A stretch of DNA of 64,000 nucleotides from NCBI GenBank assembly GCA_946965045.2, contig OX337234.1, positions 1,922,001 to 1,986,000 on the forward strand, written 5' to 3'. The notes below the pieces were generated by a model, which saw only the letters and a program-made list of their open reading frames with translations, did no database searches and was not told the origin of the DNA. How positions within the stretch are numbered: the first letter of the stretch is position 1; each line of letters starts with the position of its first letter. This document shows positions 1-10,958 of this stretch, one piece after another. The position numbers and the translations under genes were made by a program. This DNA comes from Epithemia pelagica (lineage: Eukaryota > Protista > Bacillariophyta).

Positions 1-1089
1 TCCTCCGTTCTTTATCAGTCGAAAAATGCGACAAGTCCATTGTTACAAATTTCCAGAAACTGTGAGAGAACGAGCTCGGAGGGAACCAGCTGCACAAGAA
101 ATTTGGCAGCTTGGTGCACGAGGCTCCACAAATGGCACCGATCTGCACCAACGGGCCTTCTGGACCAATTGCCAAATCTGTCGAAACGGACAATATTGTT
201 CCCGCGATTTTGACTAGAAAGAGGCGTAAACTGCTGAAGCGCTGGACTCTTACTCCATTGAGAAACGCCTTGACTTCGGGTATACCGGAACCGACAGCAT
301 TGGGAGACACAAAAAGACAAAGCATCGATGACAGAAGAGCGAGGAGGAGATTGGATCCGGCATAAACAAGGAAGGTTGATAAACCTTTATGTCCTTCCCT
401 CCATAAATTGTCTAAGTAATGTGATCGGAAGTCTCTGATCCGTTTCGCTGCAAAAATGGTGGTGAGATCGTACGTTCCATGACGACGCGAGGAAGACTTT
501 GTTCAATCTACTCACTTTGGTAGGCCAAGAAAATTGCAATGGTAGCGGTGAGCAATCCAGTCAAGACACAAAAGAACCATCCGGTGGCCGTTCGTCCCGT
601 GTATCCCCATGGAAATGGTGGCTTTTTCTTCCGAGTTGACTGCGATGGTGCTCCAAGGACGGGGGTGCGTGTGGATAAATCGGTTGGACTGTCCTCAATC
701 GCATCGTATCGAGCTTGTGCATATTCTTCGTTTTCCGCCAAAGGTATACTCTCCGGTATCGCACCTTCTTGACCGTCTTTTCTCGAGTCGTTGGAGGAAC
801 AGCCCATCGGTGCAAGGTAGCGATCCCTGGACGCTTCAATCGAAAAGTTGTTGACGACGCGTTCAAAGTCGAGGCCACTTGGATAGACAAGGTTCATCGT
901 AGAAATATTTTTTCTGGAATCGTTGTACTTATCATAAAAGGGGCGGCGAGATGCTCGTATCTTTGCAAATGACGATTTGGAAGATACATTCTCGACAAGA
1001 AAGCCTTTGAGGGGCACTTCTTCTGTTGCTACCTCCATCGTCCGTTCGCTACGGCTATGTGGGTCCGAGTTTCTGTCTTCTTCTTCCAT
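1..1089 (-). CDS. CLC: CLC-family chloride channel/transporter, 5' part (exon 1 1089-516, intron 515-448, exon 2 447-<1; continues off the left edge)
   Basis: Splicing GTGAGT(515)..TTGCAG(448) joins ORF 508-1089 to a frame absent from the ORF track. That frame reads ...LFVSPNAVGSGIPEVKAFLNGVRV...LVKIAGTILSVSTDLAIGPEGPLVQIGA, containing the CLC motifs GSGIPE and GxEGP. Exon 1 has GLDFE, similar to the ESLDY motif of CLC-6/7, and the first TM helix. Confidence 0.93.
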
Positions 1090-1750
1090 GGTTCAAACGA
1101 CTTGTTTTCATGGTTTTACGGTCGAGGTCGCCGCTCATCAAACGAGGGTGGAGTTGGAGATGGATGAGAGATGGCAGATGGCACCTATGGTGGTGGGGGT
1201 GGGGCGGAGGATCAGCCGCGACCGGAACATCAAGAATAATCCCCCGGCAGTTCATTGTTTTGTGGGAAGTCGTGAATCGGCCGGCGTTCTTTCGTATTTT
1301 GCGCTCGTGTTGGTGGAAGAAATGAGAGAATCGGCCGGCTCGCGTGGAGTGCCATCCAATGAAGTTCGAGCCAAGTCGCACAACCCATCGGGGACATCGA
1401 GTAATGTCAATTCCCCAATATTTCAGGATCACGGATGGAAAGCTCGAGAAGACTTATAATTGAATTACAGAAACGCACGCTTTTGCGATCGATCCGTACT
1501 CGGAACCCCGGACGAGTACTTACCGATCTAAATCCGATCTATTAGCGCACGCTCGCCAAATGATGATTTATGATATCTACAGATCCGTTTATTTTTAATG
1601 TATTTTGCCGTCGTGGACGATCCGCTCTCTTTCGATCTTTTGACAAATGCAGATTATACCATAACTGGGAAAGGAAGGACCAAGTTGGTCTTTGAGCGAA
1701 AGCATTGACGTTATTGCATCGTTCTCCACTTTATTGAAACAACATCAACC

Positions 1751-3608
1751 ATGTAGGTCGTTTGCGTTGAAATGCGAGTTCTGTTTGGGCAACCCGAGTT
1801 GTGGACTGATTAGGTTGGGTTAACATGACAAATGACAATCGCTTACCGTTTTTCTTGCTCGCGTCACAGGGTTTCGTTTCGCCGTAAGAACAAGAAGGAA
1901 GAGCCGGTGAAAGAGGCTGCGACAAAGCCCGCTCCTAAGGAAGAGCCTGCCCCGGCTCCTGCTGCTTCCAAGAAGGTAAGCTTTATATTGCTGTTTTTTA
2001 TTAGTTCGTTGTCCTGGATCACTGAAAAAGTTCTCGGAAATCTCAAAACAGCAACAGGCCACACCAAAGGCGGCTGCCGCCCCATCCAAGCCACCCACTT
2101 TGGACGACATTCCCGATCTCGTCGATCAAATGTTGAACTCGAAAGGAGAAAAGAGCGCCGCTGCAACGAAGAGAATCTACGAGCTTTGTGATGTCGGTCA
2201 CAAGCAAAATCGTGTTCCTATGGTGTGCTCCGGAAAGTACGATGTTCTGTCTCCCCTCGCCAAGTGCTTGACACAGGAGAGTGGAGATGGACGTCATTTG
2301 GCTTGTCTTGCACTGAATAACCTTTCCATCCCCACGGAGAACAAGCGTGTTATGGCACTAGGACCTGCCTCCAAGGAGGTCATTGGAGGACTCTGCAAAG
2401 TTATCGCCGAAGACAAGCAAGAGTCCTACTTGTGCTGCATTTGTCTCATGAACTTGTCATTCCTCGAGGCTAGTATCACATCAATTCTCCAACACTCTCC
2501 TTCCGACGGAAAAGAAATCCTCCCACTTGACAACCCCAACTCTCTCCTCCGTGTTTTGGAGAAGCTCTTGACCAACTCTCCTGCTGTTCCTAAGTCCGGT
2601 TCAGGAAAGTCGGAGGGCGTCCGCTGGGCCTGTGGTCTTATCAAAAACTTGGCCAAGAGCGAAGAGAACGCTGCCCTTATTGGAAAGACTGACATCCCCA
2701 AATGTGTCGTTGAAAACATTCGTTCCACCACCGCTCCTCCCTCTCGATGGACTTCCAACAGTCTTGAAGACTTTTCACTTTTTGTCATTTTGAACCTCGC
2801 TCAGTGGCCTGTTTCCCGAGAAACGCTCATCAACGCTGGTGCTGTCGATGTTATCAAGCCCATTATGGCTGAAGGCGACCTTCAAGGATTGAAGGCCACC
2901 ATGGCCTGCGCATTCCTCGGCGCGAACTGGGCTGCCTTCCCTGAAGGTGGTAACCCGGCTGCCAAGTCTGTTTCTGAGTTGATGACAAACATTGTAGAAA
3001 AGAAAGGCAAGGATGGCCAATATGCTTATGGTGTGTTCAAGTTGTACACCGCTACCAAAGCCTACAGAGACCTCGCACGTGCTGCCGCCAAGGCCGATCC
3101 CGAGACCAATAGCAAGGTTTTGGCATTCCCATCGGCGGTTGCGTTGACCTTGCAAATCATCTCCGATATGGTTATTTCATCCATGGATGATGCCGAAGGT
3201 GGTTCCAAGTACATCCCGGATGCCATGTCCTCCGAATATGCTGTTGGTGCTCTTGAAGCCATGCTTCCAGCAATCCTCCAACCTGCTGACCCACCTCGCA
3301 AGTCTGTCCAAAGCGAGAAAGCCTGCAGTGAAATTTCTCAAATGTTGTTGACCTATGCTGATGTCCCAGGAACAAGTGCAGAAGCGAAACAATGTGCAAA
3401 GGATGCTGCTGCCAAGATCAAGGATTCAACTTCATCGGCACGACCAATTCTCGAGATCTCGCACGATTTGTGGACGCAATATCGCAAGCGTGAAGGCCAA
3501 CCGCTGGACCAATTCGTCCCATCCGAGAAGGGAATTGAAGCTGACATGAATGGTCCATTGGACTTTTTGCCTTGTGCCAACGCGGAAGGCAGCTGCATCA
3601 TTCTCTAA
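1751..3608 (+). CDS. Armadillo/HEAT-like repeat protein with C-terminal CaaX box (exons 1751-1752, 1870-1975, 2058[or 2052]-3608; alternative start ATG 1832)
   Basis: Long ORF 2100-3608 of helical repeats (LACLALNNLS, WACGLIKNLAKSEEN, LFVILNLAQ) ending GSCIIL*. GTAAG(1976)..CAG(2057) joins it in frame to a Lys/Glu/Pro/Ala-rich exon. Confidence 0.75.
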
Positions 3609-3982
3609 ACAGTATGTATGTTGAAACTAGAAGAGAAGAGAGTGTGCTCTTTCTTGTTCCAGATGTAAGAATCACCGGGTTGTGAGAAGGAAAGCGCAGG
3701 GGTCCAGGAGAATAGTTATGGCCTGCAAGCGTTCTTTGAGACATTAACTATGCATTAATTTTACGTAATCATCCAATCATCAATTAAGAACCATTGTTAT
3801 ACGACAGGATTGAATGCGTCTCAGTAATACTTGTTTGAGACCACAGCACAAAAGTGCTATCGTTCATTGTGATAGTTAAGCGGAGTGGGTAGTTGCCAAC
3901 AGGTAGTGTTGCTGTTGGCAGAATCGTGCGAGAAAACCTTTGCCATGCCACCGTTGATTCTAAATACGCCTAAGCATCATTT

Positions 3983-5530
3983 CTACAGGATCTTGCTTGC
4001 AACCAACGTCAACTGATCTGGATAGACGAATTCGCTCTTTTGGGGTTCCATACGATTCAGGAGGTGTTCCGAAACTTGACGCAAAATCTTGTTGACTTGA
4101 TCATTCAACCGTGTGTCCGAAGAAAAGAGAGCTGTCCCAATCCTGTCGGCAAGCTCTTGCTCGTTCCAAACTTTGAGAACAGGACTGGATGCCGCCACAA
4201 CAAAGAAATGGTCGGTTGGTTCCATTGGATTGTTCGCGTCTCTTCTACTTGTCTGTGATTGTTGCAACTGGGACAGATTGAGTTCTTGGACGACTGGAGA
4301 GGCTGTAACGCCAGCATTCAGCTTGAAGCGTCCAGCACCAATGGCACGAGAGGCTGCAATCCCTCCAGCTGCAGGATCGTCCTTCACATACACCATTAGT
4401 TGGCCATTGGACTCGGATAGACTGCTTGTCGCGTCCGCCTGTTCGACCATACCTCCCGAGTCTTGTATTCTTTTTCGTTCGGATTCCATGTCGGGAGTGG
4501 CGGATTGGAGGATTTCGGCCTGACCCGATTGTGGGTTCCATCGAGCCAAAAACCCAATCGAGTTACCGGCCGATGCCAGAAAGACGGTGTTGGTATATTG
4601 CAGAATAATGAGCGCAGATGCACTGGCTTTGTTCCAGAGAGACTGATGCTCTTCATAAAGTTTCCGATCCATTGCTTCAAAGGCATGGGGCAGTATCTTG
4701 CTCTTTATTTTGGAATATGCCTTGGCATAGCGGCGAAATGGGTCCAACACAAGGCCTGGTAAATGCTTGACCACATCTTCTGCCACCATGTTCCCCATTT
4801 CGTTGATCCCATCGGACAGAACAATCATCTGGCCAATGTTTCCACCAGGGTGCTCTGCGCCATCAAACAAGAGTGGGTTGAGAAGAGCCGCATGGTTTCG
4901 TTTGTGAAAGTTGCAAGTTGTTGTCGACGTGTTGGTTGTCACCGCCGAACCCGTGCGTTGACACCCCAAAAGCATGGTCCGTAGACAATATCCTTTGTCA
5001 ACAGATGAAGAGGAATCGACTGCTTGGATGATATCTAAAGGGAAATGAGCTTGGCATGTCATTGTCTCGGAAGTTGTCGACAGTGTGCCCCCATCCGTTT
5101 GTTTCGGCTTGGAACTTTGTGCACAGGCTCGCGTCCCTCGGAATCTCAGAGATCCATTACTGAGAATATTGTTCTCATTGCCGTCTTGTACAATGAGGGA
5201 AGACGAGCCAATGGTCATATCGTGCAGACTCAGCAGATGAGGGTTGTTGTGGTTGGGTGGTGCATGGGACCTTGTGGCCATTCTCCAAACGCCAATAGCA
5301 ACCACCAGCAAGAACATGACATCCATCCATCGCATCATGACAAGGACAACCACTTTGCTTCCTGGACAAGTCCTTTTCCGGTCCATTGTCATGAGGGTCG
5401 AAAGAATTCCCCGTTCTTGTTGTTGCAGTCGCCGTTGGGATTGTTGTTGATGTTTGGGCAGTTGTTGTTGTTGCTTTCGCGGATCGCCACCAACACCTCC
5501 CCGCCGAAAGCGAAATGGGTTTCGATACAT
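3983..5530 (-). CDS. Membrane-anchored PP2C-fold protein with degenerate metal-binding motifs (probable pseudophosphatase); ORF open to 5599
   Basis: Gln-rich N-terminus and a TM segment (VVVLVMMRWMDVMFLLVVAIGVW), then PP2C-like blocks: LSDG, ASASALIILQYTNTVFLASAGNS, ERKRIQDSGGMV, GIAASRAIG, FFVVAASSPV, PDQLTLV. These align with the intact PP2C at 32226-33968. Confidence 0.7.
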   Translation of the reverse strand: MYRNPFRFRRGGVGGDPRKQQQQLPKHQQQSQRRLQQQERGILSTLMTMDRKRTCPGSKVVVLVMMRWMDVMFLLVVAIGVWRMATRSHAPPNHNNPHLLSLHDMTIGSSSLIVQDGNENNILSNGSLRFRGTRACAQSSKPKQTDGGTLSTTSETMTCQAHFPLDIIQAVDSSSSVDKGYCLRTMLLGCQRTGSAVTTNTSTTTCNFHKRNHAALLNPLLFDGAEHPGGNIGQMIVLSDGINEMGNMVAEDVVKHLPGLVLDPFRRYAKAYSKIKSKILPHAFEAMDRKLYEEHQSLWNKASASALIILQYTNTVFLASAGNSIGFLARWNPQSGQAEILQSATPDMESERKRIQDSGGMVEQADATSSLSESNGQLMVYVKDDPAAGGIAASRAIGAGRFKLNAGVTASPVVQELNLSQLQQSQTSRRDANNPMEPTDHFFVVAASSPVLKVWNEQELADRIGTALFSSDTRLNDQVNKILRQVSEHLLNRMEPQKSEFVYPDQLTLVASKIL

Positions 5531-5803
5531 CCTTGCACTTTCTCCAATCTGAAGCAAAGAATATGAACTGTTTTGCTTGTGATACATACAGATGGACACG
5601 GCGCTTGGTTCTTGGTTCGTCGTTGTTGTTCCCGTCGCTGTAAGGGCGAAAACGTTATGAATGAAGGCAAGAACGCCAAGGCGTAGAGAAAGATACGATC
5701 ACCCCGCCAAAAAGATTTGTGCCACTATTTGTGCCATCTCCAGGTCACCCTGTCAAAGAAGGAAGCCCTCTCGTTCATTGTTGACCATTTCCAGAACACG
5801 ATA

Positions 5804-6861
5804 ATGAAAGTGTCTGTCATTCTTGCGTTTGTGGCACTCTGGTTGTCCTTTGTTTCAGGCTTCTCTCGACAATCGATTCCCTCCTCTACCGGGCAATCGT
5901 CTGGAGTTCGACTTGGTCACTACTACGCACCTGTTGTGGTAGATCCGTTCTCTCGGACATCATCACCCTTGCTCCTTCATTCGTCCAACCATGCTGCTGG
6001 TGGATGGTCCCGTAAAACCAACCCCTGGATGGGTGGGAGAAAAACCACTGTGGCCGCCGTCCCACGTGGTGGTGGTGCAAATGACAGCAGCAGCACCACC
6101 AAGACCCGTGCGGCGGCAACGCCCTATGATACAGGAACAAAATGTCCAGCAACAGGATTCATGTCAGTTGTGGCATCCTTGTGGGGATCCGGAGGAGTCC
6201 TATACATTCTCGCCAAAGCCATCAAGAGAGTCATTCCCATTGCCATGGAACCATTTACGGAAGGTGCCTTGCGGCCATTGACGCAATTCGAACTCGGGTA
6301 AGTTCTCCATGATTTTCCACAAGAAAGAGTGAACGATTCGTATGTATCGGAGCACGATGGATTCGTTTGGAAGTCTCTCATCGCAGTGCCCTCTATATTC
6401 AAACAACATTGTTGTCTCGTTCTCTCATCCGATTTGCATCCAGGGCTTATATTGTGACGTGCTTATGGTTTGCATATGTTGAAGGATACAAAGGCTTTCA
6501 ACAAAAGTTCAGCCCACTCGTTGTAAAGCGCTCCTTCACTCTGGTTCCGGGTCGCAATGGGACGCGTTGGTATCACTATCTACTAGCCCCCTTTTATTCC
6601 ATGGGAATGATGCATGCCACGAGGAAACGTCAAATTGTAAGCTGGTCCGTTTCGATTGGAATTGCTGCCATTGTAGCGGCCGTCAAACGATTCCCCTACC
6701 CGTGGCGCAATATTGTGGATGCCGGTGTGGTGGTGGGCCTCACGTGGGGGAGTCTCAGTATCCTTCTCTTTTACGTCCAATCGTGGATGACGGGCAAACC
6801 ACCGGTTGACATTGACGCGGCGCTCCCAGACACGGTGAACAAAGAAAGCGCTTCGGGCTAA
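5804..6861 (+). CDS. Multi-pass membrane protein of unknown function with bipartite plastid-type presequence (exons 5804-6297, 6444-6861)
   Basis: MKVSVILAFVALWLSFVSG-FSRQS (signal peptide then Phe, then a Ser/Arg-rich stretch). GTAAGT(6298)..CCAG(6443) joins two ORFs in frame. Several hydrophobic helices follow. Confidence 0.7.
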
Positions 6862-7022
6862 GTTATTAATTTTGAAGCAATGGAGCAATCGTTGTTAGAA
6901 GTAGCATCATACAAGAAACAACTTTGTTGATTTTTATATTTACATGACATGGAGACAACGACCGGAGAAAAAGCAAACGTTTGCATTCTGCCAAATGAAA
7001 ATGCACCAAGAAACACCTTGCA

Positions 7023-7409
7023 CTACGACCGTCCGACAGCTTTATTGGTAATGTGTGGATCATTGGGTAGTTCTGTTTCTTCTATCGTCTCCATGTGTTG
7101 TTGTTCCGCATGAACTTGATCTACCAAATTGGCAATATCGCCATCATTGTAGGTCGTATAAGTCGAATTCCACCATGTCGAGAACTGATTGAAATCCATT
7201 TTCCCATCCGTCCCATACTTGTTCATAATATGGTCCACATCTCGACCCTGAAAGTGCGTCTTGTCATCTTTCATCATGGCCTGCAGGTCTTGGCGAGATA
7301 TGTAGCCTTTCTTCTCCTTGTCGAAACGCGCAAACATGATTCCCAGGGTTCCACTGGCCGGTTCCGGTTCGGCCGGAGCCTTGGCTGGCTTGAAACATAA
7401 TAATCCCAT
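7023..7409 (-). CDS. Small EF-hand Ca-binding protein with N-terminal MGxxC acylation motif
   Basis: 128-aa ORF starting MGLLCF. EF-hand loop FDKEKKGYISRQDL and a second, degenerate hand YGTDGKMDFNQF. Confidence 0.75.
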   Translation of the reverse strand: MGLLCFKPAKAPAEPEPASGTLGIMFARFDKEKKGYISRQDLQAMMKDDKTHFQGRDVDHIMNKYGTDGKMDFNQFSTWWNSTYTTYNDGDIANLVDQVHAEQQHMETIEETELPNDPHITNKAVGRS

Positions 7410-8126
7410 GTGTTCTTGGCTTTTGGTTGATTCGTTGCTGGTACCAAAGTGTTAATTCTCTTCCCAACGAGTCGTACAATAAAGGTTTTTGTATCTTCTT
7501 GTCAGACTTCCGATTTTTTGTCTGTGGGGCGCTTCTTGGTCTCTGTTGTTTGCGAGCCGAAAGTAGAAAATGGGCAAATGGTATTCATCGGGTCGTTCTT
7601 GTGTTGTTGTTTCGAAATCTGTGACAGATGATTGTGACACGAAGACGACAGACGAAAAGGCTATGTGTACTACCCAACCTTCACCAATACCCTCCGATTG
7701 CGGGGGTACCTCCCGTCTGCTGTCCATACGGTTATTCTCAAATTTTCTTAAAAAATGTTAAAATTATTTCTGGCAAATTTCTTTCGATTTAGCACATTAT
7801 TATAACGTCCAAGCCAACTGTAATGACTGGCTTCGCCCTATTGTGTAGCCGCTTCCGCTCATGCATGACCGTGAGCCGTGAGACTTGACGAGACATGGAC
7901 AAAGAAATCTACAAGCCCATTTTGTACTCAATAGTCTATTGTTTCAGAAGCGAGTACTCTTTACGCAGTAGTGGATCTAGCTTCACGGAATCATCACACA
8001 CACACGCACACCAAACCATGAAATTCACACACATGGTGCATGCACCTCTAGAGGAGTATCAAAACAAGCTCCTGGCACTTTGTCTATGGGAAAGATAAAA
8101 GCATAGTCCTCTACTAATTTAGGCTT

Positions 8127-8170
8127 CCTGCTTCCTGGGCTTACATACCTGCTTCCTGGGCTTACATACC
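8127..8170. repeat. Exact 21-bp tandem duplication (CCTGCTTCCTGGGCTTACATA x2)
   Basis: Read directly: units at 8127-8147 and 8148-8168. Confidence 0.9.
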
Positions 8171-8184
8171 CCATGATGACGCTG

Positions 8185-8204
8185 TCAACCAGTGCACTGG
8201 TTGA
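8185..8204. repeat. Perfect 20-bp palindrome TCAACCAGTGCACTGGTTGA
   Basis: TCAACCAGTG is the reverse complement of CACTGGTTGA. An imperfect direct copy of its right half (TGCACTGGTGGATTGT) follows. Confidence 0.85.
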
Positions 8205-9580
8205 TTGTTCATTGCACTGGTGGATTGTGATGTTTCATGTTGTCATCCTTCCTTTGATGCATTCCACCTTCACTTGTGATCTAGGTGGATGGTTTTGACC
8301 ATAGAGTTGTCACTTTGGTCGTTCGTCCGGCTGGGTGGTTTTCTTTTGGTTTTTGGTGTGCTCACTGCTCATGGTCGTCTTTTGTGGTGTTGCTCGAAAA
8401 GTGAGACGATTCTTGGCCCCATGTGCCAGCAATACAAGGCGTGACCGGCGCGTCGATTTCGAACGACTGAAGGGAGGCTGGCGATATCACCCGGCTGGCG
8501 CTTTGGGAAAAAATACGAGACAATTTTTTTCCATTCGGATGACGGACGAACAAAGGTACCCCCCCAATCGCACCCTATCCGTCGTTTTCCTTACTCCTAG
8601 CTCTCTAGTAGAGCACTCCCTTACACGTCTAATCCTTACCTCTCCCTTGGTAGAGAGGCACTCACCCTCATGCATAGAAAAGTTCCTCTAGCTAGGGACA
8701 TACACCTAAGCTTCAAAATGTTCGCCTCACCTACTCCTGGGATTCGAAAAACTTCTCCTCTAGAGGAATAGCAATACTTGTATGAATGTGGACTATGCTC
8801 TAAACGAAACAGGCATTTGTATCAAGACTCATCACGTAGCTGCAGCGCACGTTCACCAATAACATGGAACACAGCTCTGCAAACTGCAAATGGCAATTCC
8901 TCTACAGAATTCATCCCATTCCCATTATTTGTCGATTATCCATCGCTTCCGGCACCTCTTCTCGCCATCTTCGAAGTTCGTCTTGAAATTAGGTGACAAC
9001 CTAAAGTTTCAAATGCTGAAAATGATGCTGGGGACTAGGCCTTATTATGAAATTCTGATGATGGGACAAACTTGAAACGCGCAGGATTGATGTGGAAAAA
9101 GCGACAGAAGGAAAAAAGAACAAAGACAAACTCCATCTTCTCCATATTGTCCGTAAGGACGCACCCTGCCAAGGTACGGCACTTTTGTGTTTTGTGCGTT
9201 GTGCACGGTCTTCTCATTGGGGCGCAATGTATGATTGTGAAGACGCAACAGAAGAACAATAGAAGAAAAAATAATTGTCCCCTCCTGTTTGAAGGAAGCA
9301 AGTCCTTCAATATTCGATACTCTATCCGAAGCTTTTCTGCCGCTGTTATTATTATTGCTTCGATCCTATTGTTCGTTCTGTTGCTAGACGGACTTCATTC
9401 ACAGTATCTTACGTAGAATTCACGGATCAACATTCTTTGTTGAGTCACCCATTTTCCAGTATCGAAACATCAGACGAGGTTCAATGGCTTCAAGTGAATC
9501 AACATTCAGATAGTGAAATTGGAGCCTCGAAAAAGATCCGCTTGAGCAATCCTTGTTTCCTTTGGAAAGTGGGTGGCAGA

Positions 9581-10409
9581 ATGTTTCGTGGTCGCAAAGA
9601 TAGAGAACAAAATAAGAATCGGCATCGTGGAACTGCCGCGAATAATAATCAAGCTCCCCAACCACCACATCAATCCAAAAGAATAAGGGCAAGGGGAAGC
9701 GAAAGCACTGGTAGATTGTTGGATGCAAGCATTCATTCCAACATCAGTACAGATGCAAGTAAACATGTGAGGAGAAGTACCGTAGACCGCGTGTCCTTCA
9801 CTACCATCGAGATACGCGAGTACGCACGAACGCTTGGTGATAATCCTTCCTGTACCAGCGGCCCTCCTGTATCGTACGTTTCTGCTTGTGATCACTTATT
9901 GGATCTTCGTGTGGCACTGACCCAAACGATTACTGCTTTTCAACAGGATTTCATGGGAGTATTTCCCCTCCACCTTCTTGTCGGTGGATGATTATGAAGG
10001 TAACCGGCCACCTCGTCGGACGAATATAGAAATGATATTGCCACGAGATTTACGTCAGCGCATGTTGCGAAAAGAATGGGATGTTACTCAAAACCAGATT
10101 GCTGCCCAGGTGCGCACGAATATACGGATCAAGAATCAACGTCGTACAACAGTGAATAATTTGGACAAATCGACAAAGGTCGAAGAGACAGTGGAAAATG
10201 CACGCAGAGTGATAGCAAATGTGTTTGGATCTGGGTCTAAGAAAAAGATGCGCGAGCTGGAAGAGCTCATGAAAAATTCGGAGAAGGCGCGACAGCAAAC
10301 ACTTGGACCAGAGTTATCCAGGACCTGTGATGAAAGCCACCCCGAAGTCTACATGGACTTAGTTGAAGACGAAACAGAAAAGGAAGAGAAGCATGGTGGC
10401 AATGAATGA
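9581..10409 (+). CDS. Uncharacterised diatom-type protein, VxF..IEIREY-LGDNPSC-GPP-WEY family, copy A (exons 9581-9873, 9947-10409)
   Basis: GTACGT(9874)..AACAG(9946) joins RVSFTTIEIREYARTLGDNPSCTSGPPVS to ISWEYF...SVDDYEGNRPPRRT...KNQRRTT. Same motif order and intron position as 18952-20345. Confidence 0.75.
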
Positions 10410-10958
10410 GCCTTTGTGCTCACTGATGCTCCACATCTCCCATATTCGGTTGTGTATATTTGGGTCCCTGGAGAACGCATTTTTTACAGTCCGTGTCTGA
10501 TTTTGCCAGTTTTGCATTGATGTTGCTCGCGTGATCATGTGGTTTCTCTGGTGTGTCGTCGATGAGAACATGTTGCACCGGTACAGTTCGTTTTGAGTGG
10601 AGGAGGGCGGCGGCTATACCATAGATGACTTCGTTTGATCTACAGCATTTCCTTACATATGTTCCTCAACAATTGTTACTCCTGGACAGCCAGTGTTGTA
10701 CACATTTGTTAGCATACCCACAGTTTCTTTTATTGGAAACACCACCATGCAAGCTAGCGGTTGAATCGAGAGGACAAAAGTTCGGAATTCGGAAGTAAAA
10801 TTCATTGTCATCATTTGAGTCGCACATTTTGGCTAAAAACAAAACCACAAACTTCGTTCCAACGAAGCCAACTCGCCAAAATCGACCAGTCCCCGTTCCC
10901 ATAATTTCGATCGAAAGCTACCTGTTTAGCGCAAAACTGGGTGTCCAAAATCATCAAA

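Noticed and set aside
1055-1432. 125-aa His/Pro-rich ORF upstream of and overlapping the CLC start
   Set aside because: Low-complexity, different frame from CLC; at most a uORF, and nothing in the sequence supports translation.
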